From positions 1,612,001-1,655,333 of the forward strand of contig OZ237738.1 of NCBI GenBank assembly GCA_965178125.1: 43,333 nt of DNA. Reading direction: 5' to 3'. The notes under the pieces are model-generated. The model searched no databases and was not told where the DNA came from. It was given only the letters and a program-made list of their open reading frames with translations. The first letter of the stretch is position 1, and the number at the start of each line of letters is the position of its first letter. Of this stretch, positions 24,689 to 35,848 are shown piece by piece. A program made the position numbers and the translations under genes. This DNA comes from Bilabrum cf. latius. Its lineage: Eukaryota.

Positions 24689-25030
24689 TTACTAGAAAAA
24701 CAGGACGTAAACCGCTAAGGCCACACAGGCAATTGCGACGACCGGAGATAGTCTTTCGCCTATTCTAGCAAGCTTGAATGGGGTGCCAAGGAATCCCTTC
24801 GGATTGTTATTGATCCACCCAACGTTAGGTCGCACGTACGCACATGTACAAATAAGCAGTACTAACACAGTTAGCATTGAAGTGAAACTAAAGATTGCCA
24901 CCTGCGGACACGAAGGCGAGAAAGACGCACAAATGTATACTAGATCCGGCACATTACTGAGACAAATCACACCGTACCAAACACCTAGCTCAATTTATAG
25001 TAACAAACACGAAAATATAGCACGCACCAT
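24689..25030 (-). CDS. TMEM167: Protein kish (TMEM167 family), about 71 aa; exons 25030..25028 (ATG only) and 24901..24689
   Basis: Translation MVAIFSFTSMLTVLVLLICTCAYVR...KLARIGERLSPVVAIACVALAVYVLFF, then TAG (24694-24692) directly followed by TAA (24691-24689). Intron ATG|GTGCGT...CCGCAG spans 25027..24902 (126 nt). Confidence 0.85.
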
Positions 25031-25165
25031 CTTCTGATGTACTCACCCCCGCATCACTTGCTGCCGTCCCAATTACGGAACATCACATCTCCAGGTGCGC
25101 GGCGACTAGATCGGATCAGATCAACCACAAGCAGCCAACGGCGCTAACATCCGCGTGTTTACACC

Positions 25166-25992
25166 ATGTTCGAGAAGGTAAGCGTCTGTCGAGCTGTCAT
25201 TTGAATCATTGCGTGTATTCGTGGTCTAATTGTTGCAGAATTTTCTGTGATTCGATTGGATTGCAGCGGGACGCCAGCTTTTGTTTTGATGCAGTTGCTA
25301 TGGTCAACACTCACGCCTTGCCCTTCCATGATGTTTTCTCCTGATGAACACAGGTGGTCGTAATTGATTGCCGGGACCATCTCCTGGGCCGTCTGGCCTC
25401 CGTGATCGCGAAGCAGCTCCTATGCGGGCAGGACATCGTTGCTGTGCGTACTGAGCAGATCAACATCTCCGGCTCTCGTGAGTATTCGATGGAACGGAAA
25501 TGCATCCACCATGTAGTATTGTATGATATCATTTCTTTGCCTCGAGGTACCTGGCCATTTTCTCCTGCAGTCTACCGGAACAAGGTGAAGTACTGGAGCT
25601 TCCTGCACAAGCGCACCAACACCAACCCCGCGAAGGGTCCCTTCCACTTCAGGGCACCCTCCCGTATGCTTTGGAGGACTGTGCGTGGCATGCTCCCCCA
25701 CAAGACTCCCCGCGGTCAGGCAGCTCTGCAGCGCTTGAAGGTGTTCGAGGGCGTGCCCCCCCCGTTCGACAAGATGAAGCGTGTCGTAGTGCCCGACGCC
25801 CTGCGCGTGCGCAAGTTGAAGATCGGCCGCGAGTACTGCGTGCTTGGACGTCTGGCTAGCGAGGTGGGCTGGAAGCATGGCGACCTGATCGCTAAGCTGG
25901 AGACCGACCGCAAGGTTGCCGCCGAGGCGTGGTACCAGAAGAAGCTGGAGCAGGCCAAGGTGGCTGCTGCTGAGAAGGCCAAGCATGCTTGA
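25166..25992 (+). CDS. RPL13A: 60S ribosomal protein uL13 (L13a), about 185 aa; exons 25166..25177, 25354..25477 and 25571..25992
   Basis: [27 protein letters not shown]...NISGSLYRNKVKY...[43 protein letters not shown]. Introns GTAAGC..CAG (25178..25353) and GTGAGT..TGCAG (25478..25570). Stop TGA; no in-frame TAG. Confidence 0.96.
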
Positions 25993-26306
25993 GCTGTACA
26001 TAACAGGGAGGCAAGTGGGGATGGTCGGTCCCCATTCAATCAAATGGCCACAGACGTTGCTATTGGGTACGCTGGTATGGAGCTTCACAATGGAGTTGTC
26101 GGGGTTTGGCATGCTTGATGCAAACAATAGAAGGTCAGAAATCACCCTACACATTTTTCAAATCGCGCGACTCATGCTAAGTCTCACCCTTGCAAGGAAC
26201 CTGTGGCGGAATCATTGCATATGGCCTAATTCTACGTCGGGCAACCTGACGTCGGATCTTGGAAATAAAGCAAAGTAACCTGGTCGTGGCTGGCAAGACA
26301 CGAATA

Positions 26307-27668
26307 TTACTCTTCCATGCCAGCTGCGCCACTGCTTCCCCCAGGGGCGGCAGGGCCCGGGGCCGCAGCTCCACCGGCGCCCCCAAGCACACCACCTCCA
26401 GCAGGTGCAGCAGCGGGTGCGTCCCCTGCGCCGTCATCCATGGGCGCCGCCCCGCCACCACCCAGCACCCTCCCCTCTCCAGTCCCGCCAGCAGTAGCTC
26501 CAGCGCCAGCCCTAGTGCCTCTAGACCGGAAGGGCATCCTGGCGGCACCCCCCGCGGCGGCCCCCGCCAACCCCCCCTTGCGCACAGCCTCTGGGAGCGA
26601 GGCGAAGAACGGATGCGCCAGGGCCTGCTCGGCTGTGACCCGCTTGGAAGGGTCGTGCTACAGCATACCACGCAGCAGATCCAGCCCGTCCTTGTCCAAT
26701 CCAGGCACCAGTCGCGCCACATCGTTGGCGGGGTACAACTTGAACTTGCCTGTGCGATACTGCGGCAGCTCGAGCAACCCAGGGAATGCTTCCTCCGTGG
26801 GCGTGCCCATAGTGCGAAATATACGCAGCAACTGGTCGTCGGGGTCTGCTCCGGGGAACAGAGGCTTCCCCGTCACCATCTCGGCAAAGATGCAGCCTAC
26901 GCTCCACAGGTCGACCGGTGTCGAATACTTGGTGGACCCCAGGAGGACATCCGGAGGGCGGTACCACAGAGTCACAACCTCGTGCGTATATGATCGCACA
27001 GGAATTCCAAAAGCCCTTGCCAGCCCGAAATCAGCCAACTTGAGCTTGCCTTCCCGGTTGATGAGTAAATTCTGGGGCTTAAGATCGCGATGCAGCACGT
27101 GATGCGTGTGGCAGTACGCGATGCCAAGAACCAACTGATACAATAAATGCCGTACTCGTGGGATCTCCAATCCGCCGCCAGTACCGTCCAGCAACTTCTT
27201 CAGATCCACATCCAAGAACTCGAACACGAGCGTTAGCTTCTTGTCGGTGTGCACGACATCGTACAGTCTGCGGTTGGCCAAAGGAAGCAAGGAGCACTAT
27301 GATGGCATGGTGAACACACGGGATTTACACTTACAGCAACCTCTACCATTCCCTGCAAGCTACGCAAGGTCTTGATTGGCCTTGTTCGCTTGGGTCTGAT
27401 GAATGCCCCTTGCATGTAACAATGAGGCTAGTGCAGCGATCTTCGACACATTATCAACAAAGTTCTAGTCTTACCTGACAATGTTCGGGTGTTTCAGCTC
27501 CTTGAGCAACGAAATTTCACGGATAGCGGTGGATGGGATGCCTTCATCTTCCGTCTCCAGCCTTATCCTCTTCAGGGCAACAATATCGCCGGTGTGTCTG
27601 TCCCTCGCCTTATACACGATTCCATATGTACCCTCCCCGACTCGTCCAAGCCTCTCGTAGCGCTCCAT
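26307..27668 (-). CDS. PSTAIRE cyclin-dependent kinase (cdc2/CDK5-like), about 384 aa; exons 27668..27475 and 27267..26307
   Basis: Motifs [64 protein letters not shown]. Intron GTAAG..CCGCAG spans 27474..27268 (207 nt). TAG 26660-26658 lies before subdomain XI ([20 protein letters not shown]). Gly/Ala-rich tail; stop TAA at 26309-26307. Confidence 0.93.
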
Positions 27669-27833
27669 TTAAGTAGTACAATGGAGTGGACCGCAGTGCC
27701 GATGTCGACACTGGTTCTCGTTCGAAAACACACCTTACAAATCTCCAGCAGCAACCTTTGTTTTAAGCAGTAGGAAGCGCGGTTTAAGATACGAATCAAG
27801 AAGTGATGCTGTGATCGCTCCGCAACACCTAGT

Positions 27834-30800
27834 ATGTCCCGCTGGATAGAGGAAGATTGGGGCAGCGAATCACAAGTGCCTGCTGCGCTTGCTCGCAAAC
27901 CCCCAAGTTTTGTAGCCGTGCGCAGCATCCCAATCCCCAAACTTGCGGTAAACGCATCGTAGTAGGATTATCAACGTAGTGGAGCCAAACGGCTAGCAGT
28001 GAATCACAGCAAGCGCTCCCTAGCAGACCTTGCTCAAAATGGGATTCGAAGGAGTCCGCCTGCATCTCCTAGAGGCGTAGGCGTGGACTCCGACGACGAA
28101 TCCCTTCATGATGTGGATCATACTGAAGTTGAAAACCGGCAATATGCTGCTGCCAGGTACCGGCCCCGAGAAGAATCGCAATCAAGGGGGCAACTTCTGC
28201 CGACCCGCACTTCAACGATTGCAGCAACGGTCAGCGGATTGGATCAAGTCATGGCCGGACTGTCACACATTCCAAAGGGTGTCACAGTGTAGACTGGCCA
28301 TGCACTGGATCAGCATCGAATGGATACATCTGTCACAGCCCCCCCGGTGTCATCGAGGCACAGCCCTGTCCCCACATCCCCGCGGCGAAGTCCGGTGCTC
28401 GTGCGATACCAATCTAGCAGAGACGAAGTCGCCCGGCTGAAGAGTGCCCTAGAGTTGTAGACACAGCTGGCACTCGCCTCAAGGGCCCGTGCCGATGCAG
28501 TCTCTTCGGCTCTGGCCCTCGAGCGCAGCCGGGCCAGCCTCCTGCTCACGGCCACCGCCGCGAGCCACCAGCAGACGCTGCCGGCAGTGAACAATGCTTC
28601 GAATGAGGTGGACCCCAGCTCAGAAGAAGGAAATGGGGTGGGATTTCCCGGTCGTGGAGCGACCAGCGACCAGGCAGCAGCCTACTCGCAGGTGCGCAGG
28701 TCGCAGGCTGCTCCTCCTCCGGCCGAGACCAGCTGCAGTGCAGTGCCAAGTGGGCAGTCTGCTCGAGAGCAAAAACGGAAGCAGGCAAGTAGCTCCACTC
28801 GAGCACAGTTCTTGCACGACTTTTCCTCTCGCTTGGTTGAAACACCCTCAGTATAGTTCGCCCCAACGTCAGTTACGAATGGCGGGACGCCGGCGCGGAC
28901 CATTCGAGCTTCAGATCCACCCATGAGCCGCAGCTACGTGCCGGGCCCTTCGCACCAGCCCTAGGGCAAAGCAATCCATTCGTCGCTCGCCTCTGCACCG
29001 CCTGGAAGGTTTGCACTATCCCGAGGCATGCTGCCCCCGATGGTCGGCACTGGCGAGGCTCGAGATAAGATGCGAGTCAGAGATGCAGGGCTCGAGTCCA
29101 GCGCGATGCTCCGGTCCCCTGGCCTTGGGGCATCCGTGGCATCGTTTCTGGGCACCCAGCGCCTTGGGCAGGCAGGCCTCAATCAGTCGGTCTAGTGGTC
29201 CGCGTCACAGTGGCAGCCAGAGCACACGCCTGTTGAACGTAGCAGTGCATCCGTGCCCAACAATCAAGAGCTGATATCCTTCGCGGCGGGAGCATCTGCC
29301 CGCATCAAGCAGCTGGAATAGGACCTGGCTGCAGCCCGAATGGAAGCGGAGAGAGAGCGCCAGCTCAGGGCCCTGCGGGAAGGCATAGAAAGGAGAGAGC
29401 AGCGAGACGAGAGCCGGTTCATGATGCGAGGCATGCAAGCAGAGGGGAACCGTCAAGTGCGCATTCCCGCCGAGAGCGACTTTAAAAGTCCTACAGGTTC
29501 CAGTAGTGCGGGGAATGGTGACATTTTCGTGGAACAGGACGGTGAGCAGCGTGAAGCTTAGTCGCACCGTACTATGGTCGACTCGCACGGCAAGCGGGCA
29601 GCAGATACCGCGAAGCAATCGTCGCAAGGTAAGTCTGGCCACGAACCGTCCAAAAACAGCTAGGAACCCAACGTACCATCTAGCCCGCAGCTTGATGTCG
29701 CTGGGTAGAGTGAATAGAGCGGCGCGTCGCAGCCGAAGAGTCGCCTTGCTCGGTCGGCTCTGTCGGGGTGGTACACGAAGGCTTTCGGGAGCTCAGCGGA
29801 CCAAGTCATGGGAAATACGCCCGTCGCATCCGAGGCTGTCGTCTATGAGCCGCCAAGTGATTGCCCAGAGGAGACCGTGCCTGGCTCGGGCACAACCACA
29901 CTACCCGAGACGAGCCCGCCGAGAGGCAAGGACCGTGAAACTGAGCAGAAGCTCCTGCTGGCTGATACGCTGCTGTCAATCCTAGGGGCGAAGGCGCTGG
30001 AGCACATGCAGCCAGCTTCTCAGTCCAAATTGAAGCAGGTATCACCCACAGTCAACAACCAGGCCGTGCGGGGGGCAAGCGAACCGATGCAGGATCATAT
30101 TGCCAACGAATCAGGCCGTGCTGACCACAGATCTAGCACGGCGGGAGCCCACCCGGCACGCGAAGCTTCATATCATCAACATCCGGAGGTCCACGTCCAC
30201 CACGAGCACGCGGTCCCAGTGGTGGATGCATCTGCGCACAGCCTGCTGCCTGAGCATGCGGCGGCGAGGCCATAGTTGGATGCAGCAACCATTGAGCACC
30301 GCTCCAGTGCTTCAGCAGTTGGTCTGAGAGGTCAAACCAATGCAAACCGTGGTCTGTATGTACCAGGGCATCAGCATGTACCAGAGTAGCAGCATGGCCA
30401 GCAGAGAAACCCAGCTCGGTCAGGGAGCGGCTCCGACAGCCTCCGAGCCGCCCTTGGTGTCCGATACGACCCGCGTGAACCGCCACTGTCCTCCATCGAT
30501 CGAAAGTATCCAGCCCTGCGCGGCGCACGGCAAGTTCAAACTAGCTCTCTCAACCATCAATCTCAGAGCGGTGGTGGTGCGCTTGGGATGGCCAGGGAGG
30601 CAGTTGCGCTGCGGCAGCAAATCGCGCAGGCCAAGCGGCAGCATGCTGAAGAGACCCTAAGGCGGATATCCGAGCTCGGAAACACGCGCGTATCTTCTCA
30701 TAGCGATGGTTGTGGGCAGATCAATGCTCATGTCGGTGTGGACGGTCTTCCAGTTCCCCAGATGCCCGAGTCATTGCCAGTGTCGCCTGTTTCGGTGCCG

Positions 30801-31712
30801 CCTGCCTCCCAATGGGTTGGACTAGACGAGGCAAGAGACCCTGCGATCGGACAGCCCCATCAGCCGCAAGAGCCTGTAGCAAGTACGATGGGAGTACCCG
30901 CCGCCACTGCACCCAGCTCGGGGGACATTTAGGCGCTCATGGACCACACTTCTGTGGCAAACAGTGAGGATGATCAAGGGGTGCTAGACTCGCCTGCACT
31001 GGACCACCCACCTGGTGCACCGCTTTCGTAGCCAATTGGATCTGGTGAAAGCTCGCAGCAGCATCGATCTATTGTTTCGGGGAATCATAGTGGTACAAAG
31101 TAGTCACCTGGCAGCAGCCCAAGGAGCAGTGGAAGGAGCACCTTCGATGTCCGAGTCTCCCACCTGGCATCCATCCCGCCTTCAGGTAGAAGCCACGCTC
31201 CCTAGGACCAAAGGTTGGGTGGAGGGTCTCTTATGCAGGGAATAGGAGAGCAGTCCTTGTCTCTGCAAGCAGACCCACTGGCAGTAGGCGGTGTGGGACG
31301 GGGCGAGGTTGTGGATCGTGCACGCCGGCCAGCAGAGGCAGCGGCTGAGGGACCTAGCCAGGCCGGACATGAGACCACGCACATGCGCATAGAACAATCT
31401 CCAGGTCCACATGCTTCGTGTCGATCGCAAGACGTGGCGGAGTCAGCAGCTGCAATTGTTGGATTGTCCAGAGGGCCGGGCGGTGCGGCTGTGCGAGGCA
31501 GCTCGGTCGTGAGCCGAGTCGGGGCAATCGGACCAGGTCGCGTTGCTGGCTCATGGTCTGCAGGGCGGGGTGCGCAGACGGAGCAAACAAGTGCCACCCC
31601 GCGAATGCAAACAGAAGGATCAGGAGGTGGTGGATCACGAGGCAGCGTCGTAGTGCTACAGCCCGCCCACAGAATGCCACCAAGGACTGGCAGCAGCCCT
31701 GCGCAGCAATGA
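27834..31712 (+). CDS. Large hypothetical disordered / coiled-coil protein, about 1292 aa
   Basis: ATG at 27834. Track ORFs 27999, 28587, 29340, 29808, 30588 and 31215 share one frame, joined by at least 14 TAG including the tandem TAGTAG at 27960-27965. Coiled-coil segments RIKQLE*DLAAARMEAERERQLRALREGIERREQR and AREAVALRQQIAQAKRQHAEETLRR. Stop TGA at 31710-31712. Confidence 0.68.
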
Positions 31713-32374
31713 GCGTCCAGTGTGTTGTTCAAAAGTATATGTTGTTCGGAAAGTATAGATCAAGTCTGTTAAAAAAGAGTGTACATGGATCACGGATGTC
31801 AACTGATGCAGCTTCAAACTCCTGCGTTACGTCCCACCGGCCACAGCCACCGAGAAATTGGGGCTCATGGTCACCATCAACTCCTTCGCGCGCTGAACCG
31901 CTGCCTGTGACGGCTATTGGGGCGAAATATTGCCCTACAGTCTTTCGGCCGCGATTCGGCGATGGTGCCAGAGCAGCTAATCTGGAGCGGACGGCTCAAA
32001 ATGGCGCAATCCAGCTGCCAAAACCACCCTCTATAAATGGACGGTTGTACCGCTCATCAAGACGTATCTGAGTGCATTCACCAGACTTCATCGATAATGC
32101 ACTCCACTGCACTACTCACGCAGCCTGAGGTCGCACAACTTCGAGCTGGAGTCGACCCGTCGCTCCACAACAGGTAACCGTGGAGTGATTATCGCACTGT
32201 GCCCTGCACTCTACGCAGTATTCTTGCATGGGAATTTCCTTGGGCTAATTTGTGCTTCAGGGTCGTTCACACTGTGGGTTCAGATCATTTTCTACTCTAT
32301 CAACCTAGGGATCAATATACTATTTGTTTGAACTTGATTTGTGCACTGCTGGTAAATCCTAGTTATTCTTTACG

Positions 32375-35300
32375 ATGAACGCCCAACGAGCTCGCCTGAA
32401 AAGCTGGTCGTAGCGTAGAAAGAGCAAGCGGGGCCGAGCCCAGAGCAGTTCCAGTGAATCATCCAGCAGCGGTGCCAGCGATGCAGACGTGGAGGTTGAT
32501 GGTGCTGACGTGAGTTTAGTTTCTGTGTCTGGACGACAGGCCATGCGTGACAGCATAGAAGCTTCGCGTATCGATCGAGAAAGACAGCTACGCCTCGCTG
32601 CGGATCGCAAGGCTCGGAAAAAATGGTTCGCACCGGCTTCTGACGATGGTCTAGCTGATTTTATCGTCGGTAGTGATGAGGAAGAGGAGGAAGAAGACGA
32701 GCCACCTCCCAAAAAAAAGCGGCGGCGAGACAGCGGCCAGGTCGGCACGGCATCGTCCAAATCATCTAGCGAGGACGACAGCGATTCCTCGGATGCTGCA
32801 CCGGTCATGGGCCATTTTGGACTAATGCTGCAGCAAGATTTGCGATATGAAAAGGATTCGAGCACGCCAGGTCTTGGTTTCATGCGCGAGCTGCACGCCC
32901 GAGGGCTCCTACGCGTCCCTCGCGGCATCCAGGCCGACGACTACGTTTCAGTGAGCTCTCCCTCGCGCGGGACTGGCACTGCGGGAGACCTGCTCGAGGT
33001 TGGGGCATTCCTGGACATGGGGCGGAGACTCCCAGCCTTTACTCGGTTCAGCCTGTACCTGCGCATGCTGGCGCTGCACCTGTGCTACCGGCATGCGGCC
33101 AGGTACCTCAGGGCCCGGCCCCGGTCCGAGGACTCCCGCTGCTGGGTGCTGGCCAGGGATTCGGTGGAGGCCGTGCTCAACCGACACGCAGAGAACGTGC
33201 GTTCTGGTGCGTGGTAGCAAAAAGGTACGGCAGCAGCCGCTGCGCAGGGACTGTCCGCAAGCTTCGCGCGAGCCAACGCGGAGGCAGGGCAGCACGAGTC
33301 TGCCATCACCGCCTCTGCTGTCGCAGTGCAGCACCTTCCCGGTATCGCCATTGCATCACTCCCGACGGAACTTAGGCCAGCTCGGTGCGGGCTGTGCAAC
33401 CGCCGCATGCCCGCCCGCCTCGCCCTGACTATGTTCTCGCTTGGATCGGCTGCGTGGCACCCGATGCAACTGCGGGACGAGAGCGATTTCCGAGCCTCGA
33501 CCTGGAGCTCCAGGGGCAGGCACGTAAAGGGCGAAGGCAAGGCTGGTCGCAGGGCCAGCAAGGATCAGGTCCGGGCCTGGGAGTGGATGGCGGTGCCTCC
33601 TGGGTGGGAGTCTTCCATCCCGAGACAGGGGGACAAGGGGGTGGCGGGGGCGGGGCTGCACGATCCTCTCTCGGCTGCTGTGGGGGCCTTCCGGACACGG
33701 AGACATGCGCCTGGCGTGCGATTGCGGCGAGGGGGGTGGACAAACCCGTATGATTACGTGCAGGTGCCAGGGTGCGCCTGGTACTAGGGGTAGTCGAGCA
33801 CTTGGGCCGCGTCTGCTAGCCCACAGAGGCGCTAGCGAATATCCAGTGCCATGGCGGCGCTTGGCGGGGCTGGTGGGAAGATGGAATGGGCGCAATCACA
33901 CAAGGGTGGTCCTGCTCATCTTCCACCGAGGTATGCAGTGTCAGTGGCTGCTGGCACCACGTGCGCCCAGCGCATGGCCCTCTATTCGTCCTGCATCCAC
34001 TTCAAGGGCAGGCTGCTGGCCGCTGTGTCGTCCCACCTGCGGCAGTCACTCAAGTTCGGGGCAGCGCTCGACCGAGCACGATTGCGTGCGCGGGAGAAAC
34101 AGGGCAAGCAGGCCGCCTCTGCAGCTGGTGCTAGCGAGGACTACGAGCAATCCGCTGCCAAGACGAAGCCTAGCTCAGGCTCTTCGTCCGAGGATGAGGC
34201 GGAGTGGAGCGATGACCCCGGTGCACAAGTGAAGGGCAAGCCCAGGCCTTCTCGACTAAACACCACTGTGGACTCGGAGTCTGAGAGTGACGGTGGCACG
34301 GCTGCAGACTCAAAGGCCGCCTCTGTGGTGGAGTCAGTGAGGCGAGACAAAGCACCTTTCAGCAAGGGACAGGCGCGCGCAGCTCTGCCCAGAGCACCCG
34401 AGATGGAGGAATTGACCCGGGCTGTGAGTGGGCCCGCCTGGCAGTCCCTAGAGCGGACGTGGTACCAGCGCATGGTGGAGCTCCAGCGATAGGCCACTGG
34501 GTTCTTGCTCAGCAGTTCTCGGTCAGAGCGGGTGTCAGTCCGCAGCATGCTGCACCAGATCGCATCCATGGCCACGAATGAAGCTGATGATGACCGAGTG
34601 GCGATGCGACAGCTAAATGCATCTACTCAACGTCTCGGGCGCAGGAAGAAATCCACTGGGGAAAAAGGCAAGGGTGCAGGAGGTAGCGACTCGGAAGATA
34701 ATGAGGACTACAGGCTAGGCAGTCCCTTCCGATTAGCAACACGAGGCGGGCACTCGGGAAAGCATGCAGCCCATGCACCTAAACTGGCTGCCGAGTGGAT
34801 CACTGCAGCCGAGGATGCAGAAATGACGGAGGAGGGGAACGGTCTCGTTGCATTCGCGAACTCTCTGCCCATGGGTGGCATGCCTGGCAGTAGCGCTGGT
34901 GTTGGAGACGATGCGGAAGATGAGGAGGAGGAGGAGGGGGAGGCCGACTCGTCAGCAGATTCGCTGGGCTTCATGATCGGCCACTCCCCAGACGAAAAGG
35001 GAAGTGACAGCGAGGAGGACAGTAGCGACAGCGATGCTGGTGGAGGTAAAGACCCTAGCGCACAGGCTGCCGGATCACGCGCCAAAGAAGCCAGCGAATG
35101 GGATACTTCGGATGATGACGATGTTCTGAAAGCTGCGGGGCAACTCGAGTCAGATGCGTCCACGGAACCTGACGAGGAAGATGATAGTGGACAGGACGAA
35201 GTCGACGAGACTACTATAGGACCGTATCTCACCGGTAGTCGAAGTCGCAATCGATATTCAGTTGCAACTGGGCGGGCTCCGCCAGATGATACCCCCCCGC

Positions 35301-35773
35301 CGATTGCACTGTGTCGCTTCCTTACCGGCCCAAAGCCGAAACCGCCGAAAGAGAAGAGCAAGAAAAATGGCAAGAGCCGCGTGCTTGACGACATGTTATC
35401 GTTCTCGAGTGGCCATGAAGATTATAATGACGACGATGACGATGAGGATGAGGACGAGGATGAGGATTAGAATGGTGGAAGCATGGCGAGGAACTCCAGG
35501 TAGCAACCTCGAGGTAGTCGTCCGGATTCCGAACTCTTACGCGAAGTAGGCAGGAGGCGCTAGCCTTCCAAGGGTATGTCCGACAGCCAGCCGCGCGCAC
35601 CTGTGGTCGCAGAGCGGAAGCATGTAGTGGTTGTCAGTGACTCCTCAAGCAGCGATGAGTCTGTAGCAGCAGCAGATGGCAATGGCGCGGTGAGGGTGGA
35701 AAGTATAGCAGAAGAGGACAAACCGAAGAAGGTGAAACTTCCCATGCTCGGCAAACTGCGAGTCAGGTCCTAA
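32375..35773 (+). CDS. CCDC82/DUF4211-like protein with acidic low-complexity tracts, about 1132 aa
   Basis: ATG at 32375. One frame with at least 7 TAG (32411, 33215, 33785, 34490, 35468, 35501, 35561) and stop TAA at 35771-35773. ADFIVGSDEEE, SGAW, CGLCNR and AGTTCAQRMALYSSCIHFKGRL resemble the DUF4211 CxxC...C...H pattern as recalled from CCDC82. Confidence 0.62.
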
Positions 35774-35848
35774 CGAATGAACCCCATCGAATGTAGGCTA
35801 CTAGCAGTCATATACTTCTCGTTACTTCACTATTTGATCATACGGTCG

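Noticed and set aside
25178-25353. Intronic box C/D snoRNA in RPL13A intron 1 (vertebrate RPL13A hosts snoRNAs)
   Set aside because: There is no clean RTGATGA box C at a suitable position. The CTGA at 25341 lies next to the 3' splice site and may be the branch site.
177-35394. Long antisense or alternative-frame ORFs (e.g. 177..1190, 4445..5455, 10767..12050, 22035..23297, 34708..35394)
   Set aside because: These are shadows of GC-rich coding sequence overlapping identified genes, with no motifs.
103-35773. Cluster of pseudogenes or sequencing errors as the cause of the premature stops
   Set aside because: The interruptions found are all TAG, never TAA, TGA or frameshifts. They occur on both strands in essential genes with intact catalytic motifs.
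103-35773. Ciliate-type code (UAA and UAG both Gln), or UAG as pyrrolysine or Leu
   Set aside because: TAA ends six gene models, including HIS3 exactly at the conserved STKGVL terminus, and was never seen in frame. The diagnostic columns call for Gln.
1-35848. Suppressor tRNA-Gln(CUA) or other RNA gene within the window
   Set aside because: No cloverleaf or A/B-box pattern was recognised by eye in the intergenic gaps. tRNAscan-SE is needed to exclude one.
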